A stretch of DNA of 64,000 bases from Octopus sinensis. Taxonomy: Eukaryota. Below the pieces are notes generated by a model. It ran no database searches and was not told where the DNA came from. It worked only from the letters and a program-made list of their open reading frames with translations. Positions 13,016 to 26,836 of this stretch are shown one piece after another; within the stretch, counting starts at the first letter, position 1; every line of letters starts with the position of its first letter. Made by a program: the position numbers and the translations under genes. Location: the NCBI RefSeq assembly GCF_006345805.1, contig NC_042997.1, positions 109,492,001 through 109,556,000 of the forward strand, in the 5' to 3' direction.

Positions 13016-13142
13016 TTGGCTTATTATTGTTTGTATTTTCAGTTACATATATGTGGGCCGCATCAACATTTTTTTAAGTGCTTAGGGCCTCGATAGGTCT
13101 AAATCCTTCCCTGTGTCTGTGTGTGTGTGAGTGTGTGTGTAT

Positions 13143-13174
<32 letters not shown>

Positions 13175-13489
13175 TTACTTTTATCGCCAGAAGTATGAAA
13201 GAGACTCAAGAGTCAGAGGTTTCGTTCAGTGACACTCACTGGCGTAGCCATAGTGTGTGCTGCCCAGAGTAGCCCTTCTGTTTGACGTCCCTGGAACCCA
13301 AAATAACTGCGCAATGCCAGCAGTAGGCCCAAAAGTGCCGCCCCTGCCATTCAGTGGTGGTACTTTGGTGAAACTAGTCTCAAATTAGACTTCATTTATG
13401 AAGAGCGACTAAAATTAATTTAATTCATGAAACTCTCAACCCTCGAGTCACTCCGTGACTTCCACCTGTTAGTTTACATACACACACAA

Positions 13490-13536
<47 letters not shown>

Positions 13537-13573
13537 TACTACACACCCCATATACATATAACATAATACACAT

Positions 13574-13611
<38 letters not shown>

Positions 13612-14187
13612 ATATATATATTATATATATATATATATATTATATATTATACTTACACACATCATATACATATATATACATACATACTCACCACCACACA
13701 CACATATAAATATATATATATATATCAACAATCAAGGAACGGCATAATAGGCCATTCACCCACTAGAAATAACAGCCAAAGCTTCAACCGCAAATAAAAG
13801 TCAATTCCGTAAACAGGAGAAAATTAAAAAACATTTACCCTGTAATTTCTTATACGATGCACCGTTTCATCTGCTGTTTAATGGTAAACTAACCTGATTA
13901 AATTAAATGGCCGTTCCTTGATTGTTGATGTTGGAACTTAAAAATGGTCTATGACTATTTAATTTTTCCACTAGGCCGCTAGTGGCAAAAAATTCTACAA
14001 AATTTTTTTTGCCACCCTATATTGATTAATTGTGAATTTTCTGGTTATTCCGTAATGGAATCGACGGCTTATATTTATTTGCTGCCGATAAATTTGGCGC
14101 GAGTGCGATGATTTGAAAATTTTAGGTCCGATATTACTTGGCAAGGTCGGAAATACCTCGTGAAAATATCTGTTCCGACTTGTGGCT

Positions 14188-14293
14188 ATTTCTTACTGAA
14201 GAATCTGAGGGCCTATGGAAGATTGGCTTGATTTAATTTAATCAGGTAGTTTACCATTAAACAGCAGATGAAACGGTGCATCGTATAAGAAAT
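14188..14293 (+). ncRNA. Type I hammerhead ribozyme (family C, copy 1)
   Basis: ATTTCTTA-CTGAAGA-ATCTG...CAGAT-GAAAC-GGTGCATC-GTA-TAAGAAAT; perfect 8-bp stem I; cleavage predicted after A14285. Confidence 0.9.
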
Positions 14294-14677
14294 TACAGGG
14301 TAAATGTTTTTTAAATTTTCTCCTGTTTACGGAATTGACTTTTATTTGCGGTTGAAGCTTGGCTGTTATTTCTAGTGGGTGAATGGCCTATTATGGCCGT
14401 TCCTTGATTGTGATGTTGAACTTAAAAATGGTCTATGAACTATTTAATTTTTTCCCACTAGGCCGCTGGTGGCAAAAAAATTCTACACAAATTTTTTTTG
14501 CCACCCTATATCGATTAATTATGAATTTTCTGGTTAATTCCGTAATGGAATCGACGGCTTATATTTATTTGCTGCCGATCAATTTGGCGCGAGTGCGATG
14601 ATTTGAAAATTTTAGGTCAGATATTACCTTGGCAAGGTCGGAAATGCCTCGTGAAAATATCTGTTCCGACTTTGGCT

Positions 14678-14784
14678 ATTTCTTACTGAAGAATCTGAGG
14701 GCCTATGGAAGATTGGCTTGATTTAATTTAATCAGGTTAGTTTACCATTAAACAGCAGATGAAACGGTGCATCGTATAAGAAAT
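14678..14784 (+). ncRNA. Type I hammerhead ribozyme (family C, copy 2)
   Basis: Same core and stems; cleavage predicted after A14776, 491 nt from copy 1. Confidence 0.9.
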
Positions 14785-15022
14785 TACAGGGTAAATGTTT
14801 TTTTTTTTTTTAATTTTTCCTGTTACGGAATTGACTTTTATTTGCGGTTGAAGCTTTGCTGTTATTTCTAGTGGGTGAATGGCCTATTATGGCCGTTCCT
14901 TGATTGTTGATGTTGAACTTAAAAATGGTCTATGACTATTTAATTTTTTCCCACTAGGCCGCTGGTGGCAAAAAAATTCTACAAAATTTTTTTTTGGCAC
15001 CCTATATTGATTAATTATGAAT

Positions 15023-15069
<47 letters not shown>

Positions 15070-15070
<1 letters not shown>

Positions 15071-15297
15071 GGAGAGAGAGTAGGAAAAAATCAAAAGACG
15101 AAGGCAGGTGGTGTACAAAGCCAAACAGATGTATTAGTATAACGCTCAGGAATAGAAAAAATCTTTTACGTTTCGAGCCTACGCTCTTCTACAGAAAGGG
15201 ACACAGAAAAAAGCAAGGAGAGAAACAAAAGGAGAAAAAAATGAAGAGAAAAAGACAAGGAGAGAAAAAAATGTGTATAGAAGCTAACGATCTATTA
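15070..15297 (-). mobile_element. Short HHR-bearing element (family D); ribozyme at 15163-15198
   Basis: Minus strand CTTT-CTGTAGA-A-GAGC-GTAG-GCTC-GAAAC-GTA-AAAG; homologous to 31395-31575 and 57658-57858; the sense 3' end abuts (TA)n. Confidence 0.7.
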
Positions 15298-15698
15298 TGA
15301 CTTACACACACAACACACATGTGTATGCCTATACATTTATCCTTTTATTTCCTTCAGTCATTTGACTGCCGCCATGCTGGAGCACCACCTTGGTGGGTTT
15401 TAGTCGAACAAATCGATCGCAGGAGTTCTTTTTACAGCCTAGTATTTATTTTATCGCTCACTTTTCCTGAACTACTAAGTTACAGGAACGTAAACACACC
15501 AAAAGTGGTTGAGAAGCAGTGATAGCGTTCAAACACAGACACAAAGACATACACACATAGATATATACATATAAATACGACGGGCTTTTTTCAGTTTCCG
15601 TCTCCCAAATCTACTCACAAGGCTTTAGTCGGTGCGAGGCTGTAGGAGAAGGTACCGTGCCTATACAATGTGTATATATGTGTGTATATATGTGTGTG

Positions 15699-15730
<32 letters not shown>

Positions 15731-15839
15731 TGCGTGTGTGCGTGTGTGTGCGTGTGTGTGTGTACATATATGTACATATATATATATGTATTGTATATAT
15801 ATATATGTATATATAAGTATATATATATATATATATATA

Positions 15840-15870
<31 letters not shown>

Positions 15871-15902
15871 ATATATATGTATATTTAATATATATATACG
15901 CG

Positions 15903-15942
<40 letters not shown>

Positions 15943-16863
15943 TATAGATATATATATATATAATACATGTACGTAAATATATATATGTGTATAATTATAT
16001 GTGTGTGTGTGTGTGCGTGTGTGCGTGTGCGTGCAAGTTTTTTATGTGATTGTGTACGAGCATATATGTCTTTCAGTATGCCTACGTGTGTGTATATGTA
16101 TGTCTTCATGTATGTGTGCATGTATGTATGTGTGCATGTATGTATGTGTGTATGTATGTATGTATATATGTATGTATGTGTATGTATGTATGTGTATGTA
16201 TGTATGTGTATTTATGTGTATGTATGTATGTATGTATGTATGTATGTATGTATGTATGTATGTATGTATGTATATATGTATGTTTGCATGTATGATTGTG
16301 TGCGTGTGTATATATTTGTAAACGCCGTCGCGTAGTTGTGTAGTTGTGTACATAATGTCGGAAAGTACTTTGAGCCGGCGTAAAGTGCATGTCTTTAAGA
16401 TCGCATTAATTATTGTGGATGGCTTCATAAAAGGGGGAAAGAGAAGAAAAGAAAAAGAAAAAAGACGGCGAAGGAAGACAAAGAAAGATAAAATATATCG
16501 CTAATGGCTTTAGCAGTTACGTCTGAGGAAAGCAGCAGAGGCGGAAACAGACGCTGCTTTTTCAATCACTCGAAATTATCACCGGCATCAAAGTCGTCAG
16601 CATTAACATCATCAAAGTCGTCGTCGTCATCATCATCATCATCGTCGTCGTCGTCATGATCACCATCACCGCAGTCGTTGTGAACGTTATCATTACCACA
16701 ATCATCATCAGTATCAAAACCATCGCCATCCATCACCACCACCAGCACTATCAACAACAACAACAAAAGCTGCATCCGTCGCCGCCATTAACAGCACTAG
16801 CATCACCACCCTAACCACCACCGACATCACAACCACCTCAAAAACCACCAGCAGCACAATAGA

Positions 16864-16897
<34 letters not shown>

Positions 16898-16991
16898 GCT
16901 ACTACTACTACTACAACTAAAAATAATAATAATAATGAAAATAATAATAATAATAATGATAATAATGATAATAATAATAATGATAATAATA

Positions 16992-17052
<61 letters not shown>

Positions 17053-17214
17053 GATGATGATACCACCACTACCCTATTCCTTGCCACAACGAACGCCACG
17101 ACCATCCACCATGACCAAAGCGTTCATCACCAACACCACCACATCCACCACCGCCGCAACAACAACCACACCTTACCATCAAAACTACGACGACCACCAC
17201 CACCACGGCATCCA

Positions 17215-17264
<50 letters not shown>

Positions 17265-17324
17265 ATATTCAGGAATCATGGAACACCAGAATAGACTTGA
17301 AATATTTAATTTCATCTTTGTCAT

Positions 17325-17830
17325 GGGGCGATGAGCTGCAGGCAGAATCGTTGGTGCGGCGAACAAAATGCTATGATGGATTTCGTCCGTCTTAACGCTC
17401 TGATTTCAAATTCCGCCGAGGTCGCATTTGCTCTTCGTCTTTTCGGTGTCGATAAAATAAGTATCCCTTAAGAACTTGAGTCTAAGTAATTGACTTGGTC
17501 TCCCCAGCCGCCGAAATTGCTGGCCTGGTGCCAAAACTCAAAACCAATATTTAATTCCATCCTTCGGCCTTTTAACTTTTGGTTGGAATAAAGGTTTTGA
17601 AATGATATTCTTAAAAGAAAAGAATAAATAAATAAAAGCGACGAGCTGGCAGAATCATTAGCACGCCGGACAAATTGCTTAGCGTCATTTCGTCCGTCTT
17701 TATGCTATAAGTTCAAATTCCACCAAAATTGACTTTTCCTTTCGAGGTTGATGAAATAAGTACCAGTGGAATACTGGTGGGCGTTGCAATCGACTCACCC
17801 CTCCCACAAGATTCCAAGCCTTATAGGAGA
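17325..17830 (+). mobile_element. Two copies of tRNA-derived SINE family 2
   Basis: GCGAYGAGCTG...GCAGAATC...TTCAAATTCCRCC at about 17325-17550 and 17636-17830; same family as 51622-51855. Confidence 0.75.
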
Positions 17831-18648
17831 AAGGATCGACATTATCAATCACTTGGCTCAATAAATCGATTAAAAATGACATCCCCCCTCCATAATATAT
17901 CCTAATTTCAATTGATCTTTGTCAATTCTAAATCAATGTTATGTCTTTGGTACTGCTACACATTTCAAACACTTCCTTCTCATCATATTGGCAAATTAAA
18001 TTTGAATGTTCAATTATATCCTTCTTTTCTTTTTGTTTTACTTGTTTCAGTCATTTTGACTGCGGCCATGCTGGAACACCACCTTTAGTCGAACAGATCG
18101 AACCCAGGACTTATTCTTTATAAGCCTAGTACTTATTCTATCGCTTTCTCTTTGCCAAACCGCTACTTACCACACAGCCACACTAATACTAAATAGTAAT
18201 ACAATAGACTTATCGTTGGAGATTACAATAACTACCAAATGGCAGTGAAGACCCGCTGCTCCTGAGAAGGGGAAATAATTTCAAGACTCAAGAATTCTCC
18301 AAAGATGCCATTAAAGAAAATGACAGACTATCTGGTGATAAGAGGACGGTCAGCAACCCAATACATGCAACGATTCTGGTCCTTCAAAAAACTCTACCTT
18401 CTCTTCCGAGTAAATTATAGCAGACATTTTTAATTGGTTTCATCAGATGCAAGGTGCTGTTTTCATGGCGTTCTTAACCCCTGCCCCCAAGACCGGTGAC
18501 ATTAATGTTAGTGTTCCTCCTTAACAATTTACATGTTGACGACTGACGCGACATTAGGCTTTAGAAAGGTATTCCAGGGAGCGGTCCAACATGTAAGAAA
18601 CAAAAGGACTAGACATGGCGGTTAATGAAAGTCTTGGTAGGATGGGAA

Positions 18649-18715
<67 letters not shown>

Positions 18716-19109
18716 GTCTGAGGGAGAGATAGGAGTACCTCAATGAAAGAAGACCGGAACAACCAGCTGTAATGTACACAGGCCATTGTAGAGGCTGTAT
18801 ACAATGCAGCCATGAGGTTAGTATGTCTAAGGGTCAGAGCTTGGAGTCCTCGGTCTGGGCAATGCCGATTTTCTCGGCAAAATCTGAAAGACAGAAGCCG
18901 ACATTCTCCGTTGCAGCGCCTTCGTCATTTTGTCTGCGCAGCACAGCTGAATCACCGCTCAGACACGAATGTGGACCCTCTCCCTCCCTCCTCCTTTCTC
19001 TTTCTTTTGATGTTAAATTCTTTTTTCCTTTTGCCTTTGGTTTTTTTTTTCTTGCTTCATTTAAATATTAGTTTTTTTAATTGCAAATATTATTGATTAA
19101 AATGATAAA

Positions 19110-19420
19110 TCTGAGGTGTGTGTTGGCAAACAATTACACGACATATTAGTCTGGTGACCTATCTTTCAATGTAGTCAAGATGTCTCCACATGTTCAGCAA
19201 CAATTCTTGGTACCAAATATGGCAGCAGCATTCCATTGTAGATCTCGCGTAGGCTTTGTAAAAGTCTAGAAAGTTATAGCGGGTTTGAAGTATTTTCGCT
19301 CCCTGAACAAAAAGGACCAGTAATTTTGATGCAGTTTTTCAATGTTAATGACATGTCGTTACCACAGTAATGATGAGGGTTAACATTAGTAACAGTTTTG
19401 AGGGTTCTCATAAAGCGCTG
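19110..19420 (-). pseudogene. Decayed LINE ORF2 C-terminal fragment (CR1/Jockey-like)
   Basis: The minus strand reads FYKAYARSTMECCCHIW, matching the LYK.YxRxxMEYCxxIW motif downstream of LINE RTs. Confidence 0.6.
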
Positions 19421-21240
19421 GTCATGTTTTGGTTTTCTGAGGTGCGATGGTATTTTGTTGATGTGTGTAGTGGTTGTGTCTCTGTGCAATGGAAGAAGGG
19501 GAAATTGATATAACCCTATTGGCGTCTGTTTTGAAGGCCTCCGTTCCTGTAATCATTTGTGGTTTGACATGATGATAAAGTTAGGGTGCGGAACGTTAGG
19601 CTGAAACGAATGATGAAATCAACGAAAATAACATCCTCTATTTTATAACCACAAGGATCGTTCTTTGGTCCCATCAGTGCCACATTCCAAAAAAATGTCT
19701 CACGAGAACCTTCTCATGCAAAGAGAATGATATGAGTTTTGGATTAAGAAAATAATTTAAGTGGGAATCGAAAACGTATCACAGAATTCTCTTTCTATGT
19801 CCGTTAAACAGTTCTCACGTTAGTGCTAATATAATTCATGCGGGAAGAATTGAAAAGTTAATCAGAGATAAATAAACCACATTTATATATTTCCGACAAC
19901 CACCACCACCACCACCACTATAACTGATTATCGAAAGCAAAATCAATATTAATGAAAAGAACATCATTGGATGTTGTGTATCACGTGACCTTGAATTGAC
20001 ACTAGCACCCGCTATTTCTGCAGATAAAGCAGGATATTACTGAATGGGTTTCTCATAGCCTCTTCCAGCCCTAGGGGTGGTACAGCGCCAAACCCTGAAA
20101 ACTTACAAAACATCTGTCACTTAAAACGATGACCTACCTAAGTACTTCTTCACAGAGAATCACTCGCTGAACTATTGTCTTAACTCAAAACATAATGTCT
20201 CCATTTTGAATAATTCAAGGACGCCAACATCATGCGAAACAACATTGGCTGTGATTATATAAAACAATGTCGACAATACATATTTCTTTTCCTTTTTCAT
20301 CTTTTGTAGCGAAACAAGTTTGCTTAAAAGGGTTTCCACTAACACTACATGTTCACGTGACTAACACCAAACAGACTGCACTCCTGTTTTTACTGCTTAC
20401 TCGGCAGAAATGCGATCTTCTCAAATGTTCTCCATCAAAGTTCTTCACAACAGGCACCAAACCCGTTCACCGTCAACCGCATCGTTTTCACGTCTGCAAC
20501 CATCGACAGAGAGTGCAGAAATACATACGTTCCTTCGCCACACTTTAATAAAAAGTAAAAACGATCGCCCACTTTTTCACTGTGCTTTACGATCTTTGTG
20601 CGTTTCTATGTGTTTGTGTGTGTGTGTGTGTGTGTGTTTTTGTGTTTCTGTGTGTGTGTTTTCTTGTTCGTGTGTGTGTGTGTATGTGTGTTTGTGAGCA
20701 TGTATATATGTGTTTGTGCGTGTGTTTATTTGTGTTTATGTGTGTGTGTGTGTGTTTGTATGTGTACGTATGTGTTTGTGTGTGTGTGTGTTTGTATGTG
20801 TATGTGTTTGTGTGTGTGTGTTTGTGCTTGAGTGTGTATTTGTGTGAGTGAGTGTGTGGGTGGGTGTTTGTATACAAATAGTGTCAGTGTTCTTTCTATG
20901 TGTTCACCTATCTCTGTTATATTTGTGTGTGCATCAACCATACTAAAGAAGGAAATATTTTTTATACAGAATATTGGCTTCAAATTCTGGCACAAGGCCA
21001 GCAATTTTGGTGGGGTGGATGTAAGTCGCTTGTATCACCCCCAGTACGGAAGTGGTACTTATTCTATCGACCCCGAAAGGATGAAAGTCAAAGTCGACCT
21101 CGGCGGAAATTTGTTAGATATATCTCGTGATTTGAATTCAGGTAAAAAAAAAGTCACAGGTAATGTTGTCAATATCTGCAAGTCATAAGGCGGCGAGCGA
21201 AATGCGAGCCGTATTTCGTCTGCTGTTACGTTCTAAGTTC

Positions 21241-21510
21241 GAGGGATCGCGGGTTCGAATCTCAGACTGGGTGATGTGTGTGTTTATGAGCGAAACACCT
21301 AAGCATCCTCGCGGCTCCGACAGAAGGTAAGGGCGAACTTCTGCTGACTCTTTCGCCACAACTTTCTCTCACTCTTTCCTCCTGCATCTTGCAGCTCACC
21401 TGCGATGGACTCACCTTCCCGTCCAGGTGGGGAACCTATACGCCAAGAAACCGGGAAACCGGCCTTATGAGCCACACATGGCTCAAGAAGGAACAAACAA
21501 CAAAAAAACA
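21241..21510 (+). mobile_element. tRNA-derived SINE family 3, nested behind a family 2 head (21187-21240)
   Basis: GGGTTCGAATCTC B-box; GTGTTTATGAGCGAAACACCTAAGC...CTTTCGCCACAACTTTCTCTCACTCTTTC shared with 26371-26836. Confidence 0.7.
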
Positions 21511-21889
21511 ATAATCAAGTGTGACTGATTTGAATATTTTTGTTTGTTTACCTGACTTTCTTTCCCAGACGAAATTGTGAGTTTTTCAGTGACTTTATTA
21601 CTGGTCACCATAAATTAATTGTGACTTTTTTTCCTGTGATTTTTTTCCTGTTACTTTATTTAGCGAGACTTGTGTGGTATTTATACGTGTGGAGATATTT
21701 AGAGGAGCAAGATGTAAGTCTTAGAGCATTGCTTCATGAAAAACGACGTCATTTGACGAGTTAACCGTTATTTAGAACTTCATTGTCATATTAAGCAATA
21801 TCAATGATGCAAACGATTTATGTGTGTTTGCATGTGCGCATGCGTGTTGTGTGTGCGCGCGCGTGTGTAGGTGCGTGCGCGCGAGTGTG

Positions 21890-22400
21890 TGTGGTAGCAG
21901 GTGGAGAAGGATTGTGCACGAGGGGACAGCTACTTTTGAGAAATCTCGAGTTACGCATGAGAAAGTAGGGATGGATGTCAGGAAGGGCATCGCTATCACA
22001 CTTCGAGATGGGAAGGGTCTTCCTATGATGCTGACATGCAGTGTCTGTGCAAGACCCTGCCTCAGTAAAGCTGAACTCAAGAGTCATTTTCGTAGTCATA
22101 AAGCGAGACAGATGAGTGACAACCTGGCCACTGGTGTTGGTGTAAGCACCATACTAATCATATCTGTCAGGCATGTGGAAGAGAGTGTAATTCGGCAGGA
22201 GGACTTAAACGACATGCAAAGGTACATGAAGCCCAGTAACAACTAAAGCCGGCTATTGCCGGTACAGGTTTTAAGGTGCCAATTCTGTGCAAGACATTGT
22301 AGATCTTTAGCTGGGCTAAAAAGTCACATTCGATCACTGCACCAATAACAGTTAAGCTTCGGGCAATAGCCATGCTCGATAACGAGGGGGCAGCCAACAT
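21890..22400 (+). pseudogene. RTE LINE 3' end with three C2H2-type zinc fingers
   Basis: SRWRRIVHEGTATFEKSR...CSVCARPCLSKAELKSHFRSH, then frameshifted CQACGRECNSAGGLKRHAKVH and CQFCARHCRSLAGLKSHIRSLH, then the tail GAGGGGGCAGCCA. Confidence 0.75.
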
Positions 22401-22458
22401 GTATCAGAACAGCACATTGGGTCTTTCAATATTTCACATAAGTTCTATCTATTTAAGG

Positions 22459-22643
22459 CAGTGTTTCCCAAACGTTGTTATGCCCCGTACCCCTAAAAGC
22501 TTTTAATATGTTCTCGCACCCCTTAAAATAACTTATATAAGAATAAAGTTGCCCGGGGCAATTACCCTCTTTGACCCCCTATAAATCAAGCCCTGTTCGC
22601 ACCCTATGGAATGCTATCTCCCACCCCTTGTTGGGAAACCCTG
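22459..22643. mobile_element. hAT-type MITE
   Basis: TIRs CAGTGTTTCCCAAAC / GTTGGGAAACCCTG; 8-bp flanks ATTTAAGG / ATATGAGG (6 of 8 match). Confidence 0.7.
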
Positions 22644-22924
22644 ATATGAGGTGTTACTGATAAATTGATTTAAAAAAGCTATTGGCAATCCTGGAATGTT
22701 GGTCCTTCAGAATTGTGGTGTTTTTAGAAAATATGAAAATCAAGTCGCAGAGCCCTTCGAAAAAGAAAATACGTCCCTATGCTAAAAATTCTAATTCTTC
22801 AGATTCGAGACCGTACACTGTGTCTTGGAATGAACATATATACATGCCTAGCATATACGCGTGTAGATATATTGATAAATGCAATGACAAACAGAGGGAC
22901 AGACAGACAGACAAGCAGACAGAC

Positions 22925-22959
<35 letters not shown>

Positions 22960-22979
22960 TAGATAGATAGATAGATCGA

Positions 22980-23013
<34 letters not shown>

Positions 23014-23277
23014 CAGATAAATGGACAGATATATGGATTGTCTCACTGACTTTGTAAGTCATCTTTTGCACTGTTTAACATTTTGCATTGAAGCACACAC
23101 AATTTCTGTTGCTCTGTTTGTGTATGTGTGTGTGTGTGTGTATGTGTACACATGTATATGCTTGTTTCAAAATTTCTGTCACAAAGGTTTGATGTTTAAT
23201 GCCAAGCCATTTACGTCTGAAAGACGTCTACATAGAAAGTGGTTCTGACGCTTTATTCATTCCTAATAATAATAATC

Positions 23278-23314
<37 letters not shown>

Positions 23315-23706
23315 CAACAACAACAACAACGACGGAGTTAAAATGGTTTTTAGAAGATATCGACATAAAAGTCGTACCCTGCAGTGACAGACAATATTTG
23401 GTCCACGCTGCCATGAAATAACCACTGCCTTCTCAATATATACACAAATATATACACACCATTTGTTCCTCAAACGCACCCAACACATGCATACATACAT
23501 ACCTGGGCGCACGCTACTACACATCACAGACGCACTCATTCGCCTGCAGCCGTCACGGCCTCCGCCACCACCACCACCACCATCACTAAAAGACAAAACT
23601 GTCTCTTAAAGAAAGTGGAAGAGAGAAAAAAAAGCCGTTCCTACTGACCTCGGCAGCACAAAATGCTTTAATATGGAAAAAAAAATTGCTTCAATATGTA
23701 AAAGCA

Positions 23707-23738
<32 letters not shown>

Positions 23739-23938
23739 CACGCGTGCGCGTAGGTATCTGTATACATGTATGTGTATATAATGTACACACATGCTTACAT
23801 ACGTATATACATACATACATACATACATTCATATATATAAATATATATATATACATACATTCATACTTATATATCTATAAATATATATATCATACATTCA
23901 TACATATATATAAATATATATATATACATACATTCAAC

Positions 23939-23970
<32 letters not shown>

Positions 23971-24215
23971 CTATATATATTATATATAATGTATATAAAT
24001 GTATATATATACATACATTCATACATATATATAACATATATATTACATACATTCATACCTATATATATATATACATTCATACATATCTATATATATAAAT
24101 ATATATATATATATACATACATACATACATACATTCAATATATATACATACATTCATATATATATAAATATAGTATATATACATACATTCATATACATAT
24201 ATATATATATATATA

Positions 24216-24247
<32 letters not shown>

Positions 24248-25028
24248 CACGAATGTATAACACAGTTGTTCCTTGGATCAAACAAATATTATTTACTTAT
24301 TTATTCCACAGACATTATCAAACATGTTTTTCCGTTTTATTATTGTGTATATGTATCTGTGTGTGCGTGTGTGTGCCTCTGTGTGTGTGGTGTGTGTGCG
24401 TGTGTGTGTGTGTGTTGTGTGTGTGTGTGTGTGTGTTGGGTACTCCCTGAGTGTCAGTTGTCTGTAGTTTAACATTTTCGTATTCTTTTAACTTGGAATT
24501 AATTCGCTTGTCCTAATGTCACCCTGGCGCACCCCCCACCACGACCACGACCACCAACACCAACACCACCGCAGCTGTCTCAGCCGCCGCCGTTGACATC
24601 ACCACCACTATCAGCCTTACATCACAATTACAACCACCACCACCACCACCACCACCACCATCATCATCATCATTAACCCCATCACTGCCGTGCTCACCTC
24701 TACCATGACCACCGTCTCTGTTGCACTCTCCACTCGCTATCACCACCATCACCACCATCTCCACCACCTCTATACTCCTTCTCCTCATCATCATCATCCT
24801 CATCGTCATCGTCATCATCATCATCGTCGTCGTCGTCGTCGTCATCATCGTCGTCATCATCGTCGTCATCATCGTCATCATCATCATCATCATCATCACC
24901 CTCCTCATTCTCCCAAGTCCTAATCTTATTCCCTCACCATCTACCCCAACCCTGCTGTGTTTTTCAGGTGGTTGATCTATTATTCGTCTCACTACCTCTC
25001 CCCCCTCGGACTCCTCTTTAAGAAATAC

Positions 25029-25064
<36 letters not shown>

Positions 25065-25385
25065 CGGCACATACACACACAGACACACGAATACACTCTC
25101 ATACACGCGACGACCTTGAGTTCTTGTGCACTCGGTTAAATGACTTCACCATTCACTTCCGAAAGACTAAGTCACCACCACCGCCACATAAACACACACA
25201 TACACACATTCACGCACATAAAGACGCATATACACGCGCTCCTATACACAATCACAGATCTATACGCACGTTCTCAAACACACACACACACGGTGGCCTT
25301 GGAATTTTCGTGTAAGCTACTAAATGATTATAGCAGACAACACGCACACGCACACGCACACACACACACACACACCCACACACAT

Positions 25386-25466
<81 letters not shown>

Positions 25467-26370
25467 TACATAGAGACGTACGCACCCAGACACATGGAGA
25501 CCAATACATACATGCTATTTCTTTCTCTCTCACAGCCCTCACTTTCTCCTTTCTGTTCCTCTCTCTCTCTCTCTCTCTTCCATTCTCGCTCTCTCTCTTC
25601 CTCTCTCTCTCTCTCTCTCTCACAGCCCTCAATTTCTCCTTTCTGTTCCAGTCTCTCTCTTCTCTCTCTCTCTCTCTCCCTTTCTCGCTCTCTCTCCCAC
25701 TCTCTCTCACAGCCCTCACTTCTCCTTTCTGTTCCACTCTCTATCTCTCTCTCCCATTCTCGCTCTCTCTCTCCCTTTCTCGCTCCCTCTCCCTATCTCT
25801 CACACCTTGATACTCTTTTGTTCTATCAAATTATTTCCACAGACTCTCAGACACAAAAAAGAGAGTATCATATAAAAATTCCTTGCTCTCCTGATTTCCC
25901 CAAACCAATCCAACTTGGCGAGTTTTCTGCTTCGTCAACCTCTCCAAGTTCTTATTATTGTTGTTATTCTTCTTCTTCTTGTTACCGCTCCCATAACTAC
26001 CATTATTGTTGTTTTTGCCATCGATGACAAGGAGAAAAATTGCTCGGTGGTTGCCATAGGATTGTCTCATTCCCTTCTTTTTGCACAACAAAAGCGTCCT
26101 TCAGCTCCCGAAGAACAACCTCCCCTTATCACATGGTCTGAAAGAGATTGGTGAGATTCTATGCTCAGGTTAGCCCTGTGCGCCATCTTCCTTATATAGT
26201 TCAGATAGGATGGAGTCAGGAACGGGTACCTGGCCACACAAATTGACGAGTTTTCTACTTGACCACCCTCTTTTTGTTCTTATTGTTGTCATTGTTGTTG
26301 TTGTGGTTGTTGTAGCTACGATAGTAGCGTAGGAGGGGGAGGAGGAGGAGCAGCAGCAGCAGCAACAGCA

Positions 26371-26836
26371 GTGGAAGCGCAATGGCCCGGTGGTTAGGGC
26401 AGCAGTTTCGATTCCCAGACCAGGCGTTGTGTGTGTTTATTGAGTGAAAACACCTAAAGCTCCACGAGGCGCTGGCAGGGGGTGGTGGCGACCCCTGTTG
26501 TACCCTTTCGCTCCAACTTTCTCTCACTCTTTCTTCCTGTTTCTTGTCCCCGACTTCCTACGCAACCGCTGAGCCTGGATGCACATTCATCCATCCGTCG
26601 ATGCTCTCGGTGTCGGGGGTTCACCTGCTTTCTCTTCTGCAGGTCTTACAAATAGCAAAGGACCACGTTTCGGACTTTTCCCACGAAGACCGCTTCGCCC
26701 AACAGCAAAAACAGCAGCAGCAAGGGAACATGCGCTGTAACAGCGCATCGCTGCATCCATCAGTTTTGTTGGTGACTCCCTACAAGACCTGGTGGGTGAC
26801 ACCTTTGTGCCACACATGTGACAAGCCTTCAGCTTA
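26371..26836 (+). mobile_element. tRNA-derived SINE family 3
   Basis: A-box TGGCCCGGTGG and B-box GTTTCGATTCC; body shared with 21241-21510. Confidence 0.75.

Larger units (their letters stand above)
13725..15022 (+). mobile_element. Retrozyme-like array (family C): ~2.3 tandem ~490-bp units plus a 185-bp inverted arm, in (TA)n
   Basis: Unit starts ATGGCCGTTCC at 13907, 14393 and 14889; 13725-13908 is the reverse complement of about 14230-14413; one HHR per full unit. Confidence 0.85.

Noticed and set aside
13907-15022. CRISPR array or satellite DNA
   Set aside because: There is no repeat-spacer structure, only 2-3 units, and the context is eukaryotic.
21824-22246. Host C2H2 zinc-finger gene
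   Set aside because: It is frameshifted, lacks TGEKP linkers, and is preceded by the RTE WR..V..G..FE motif and followed by an RTE tail.
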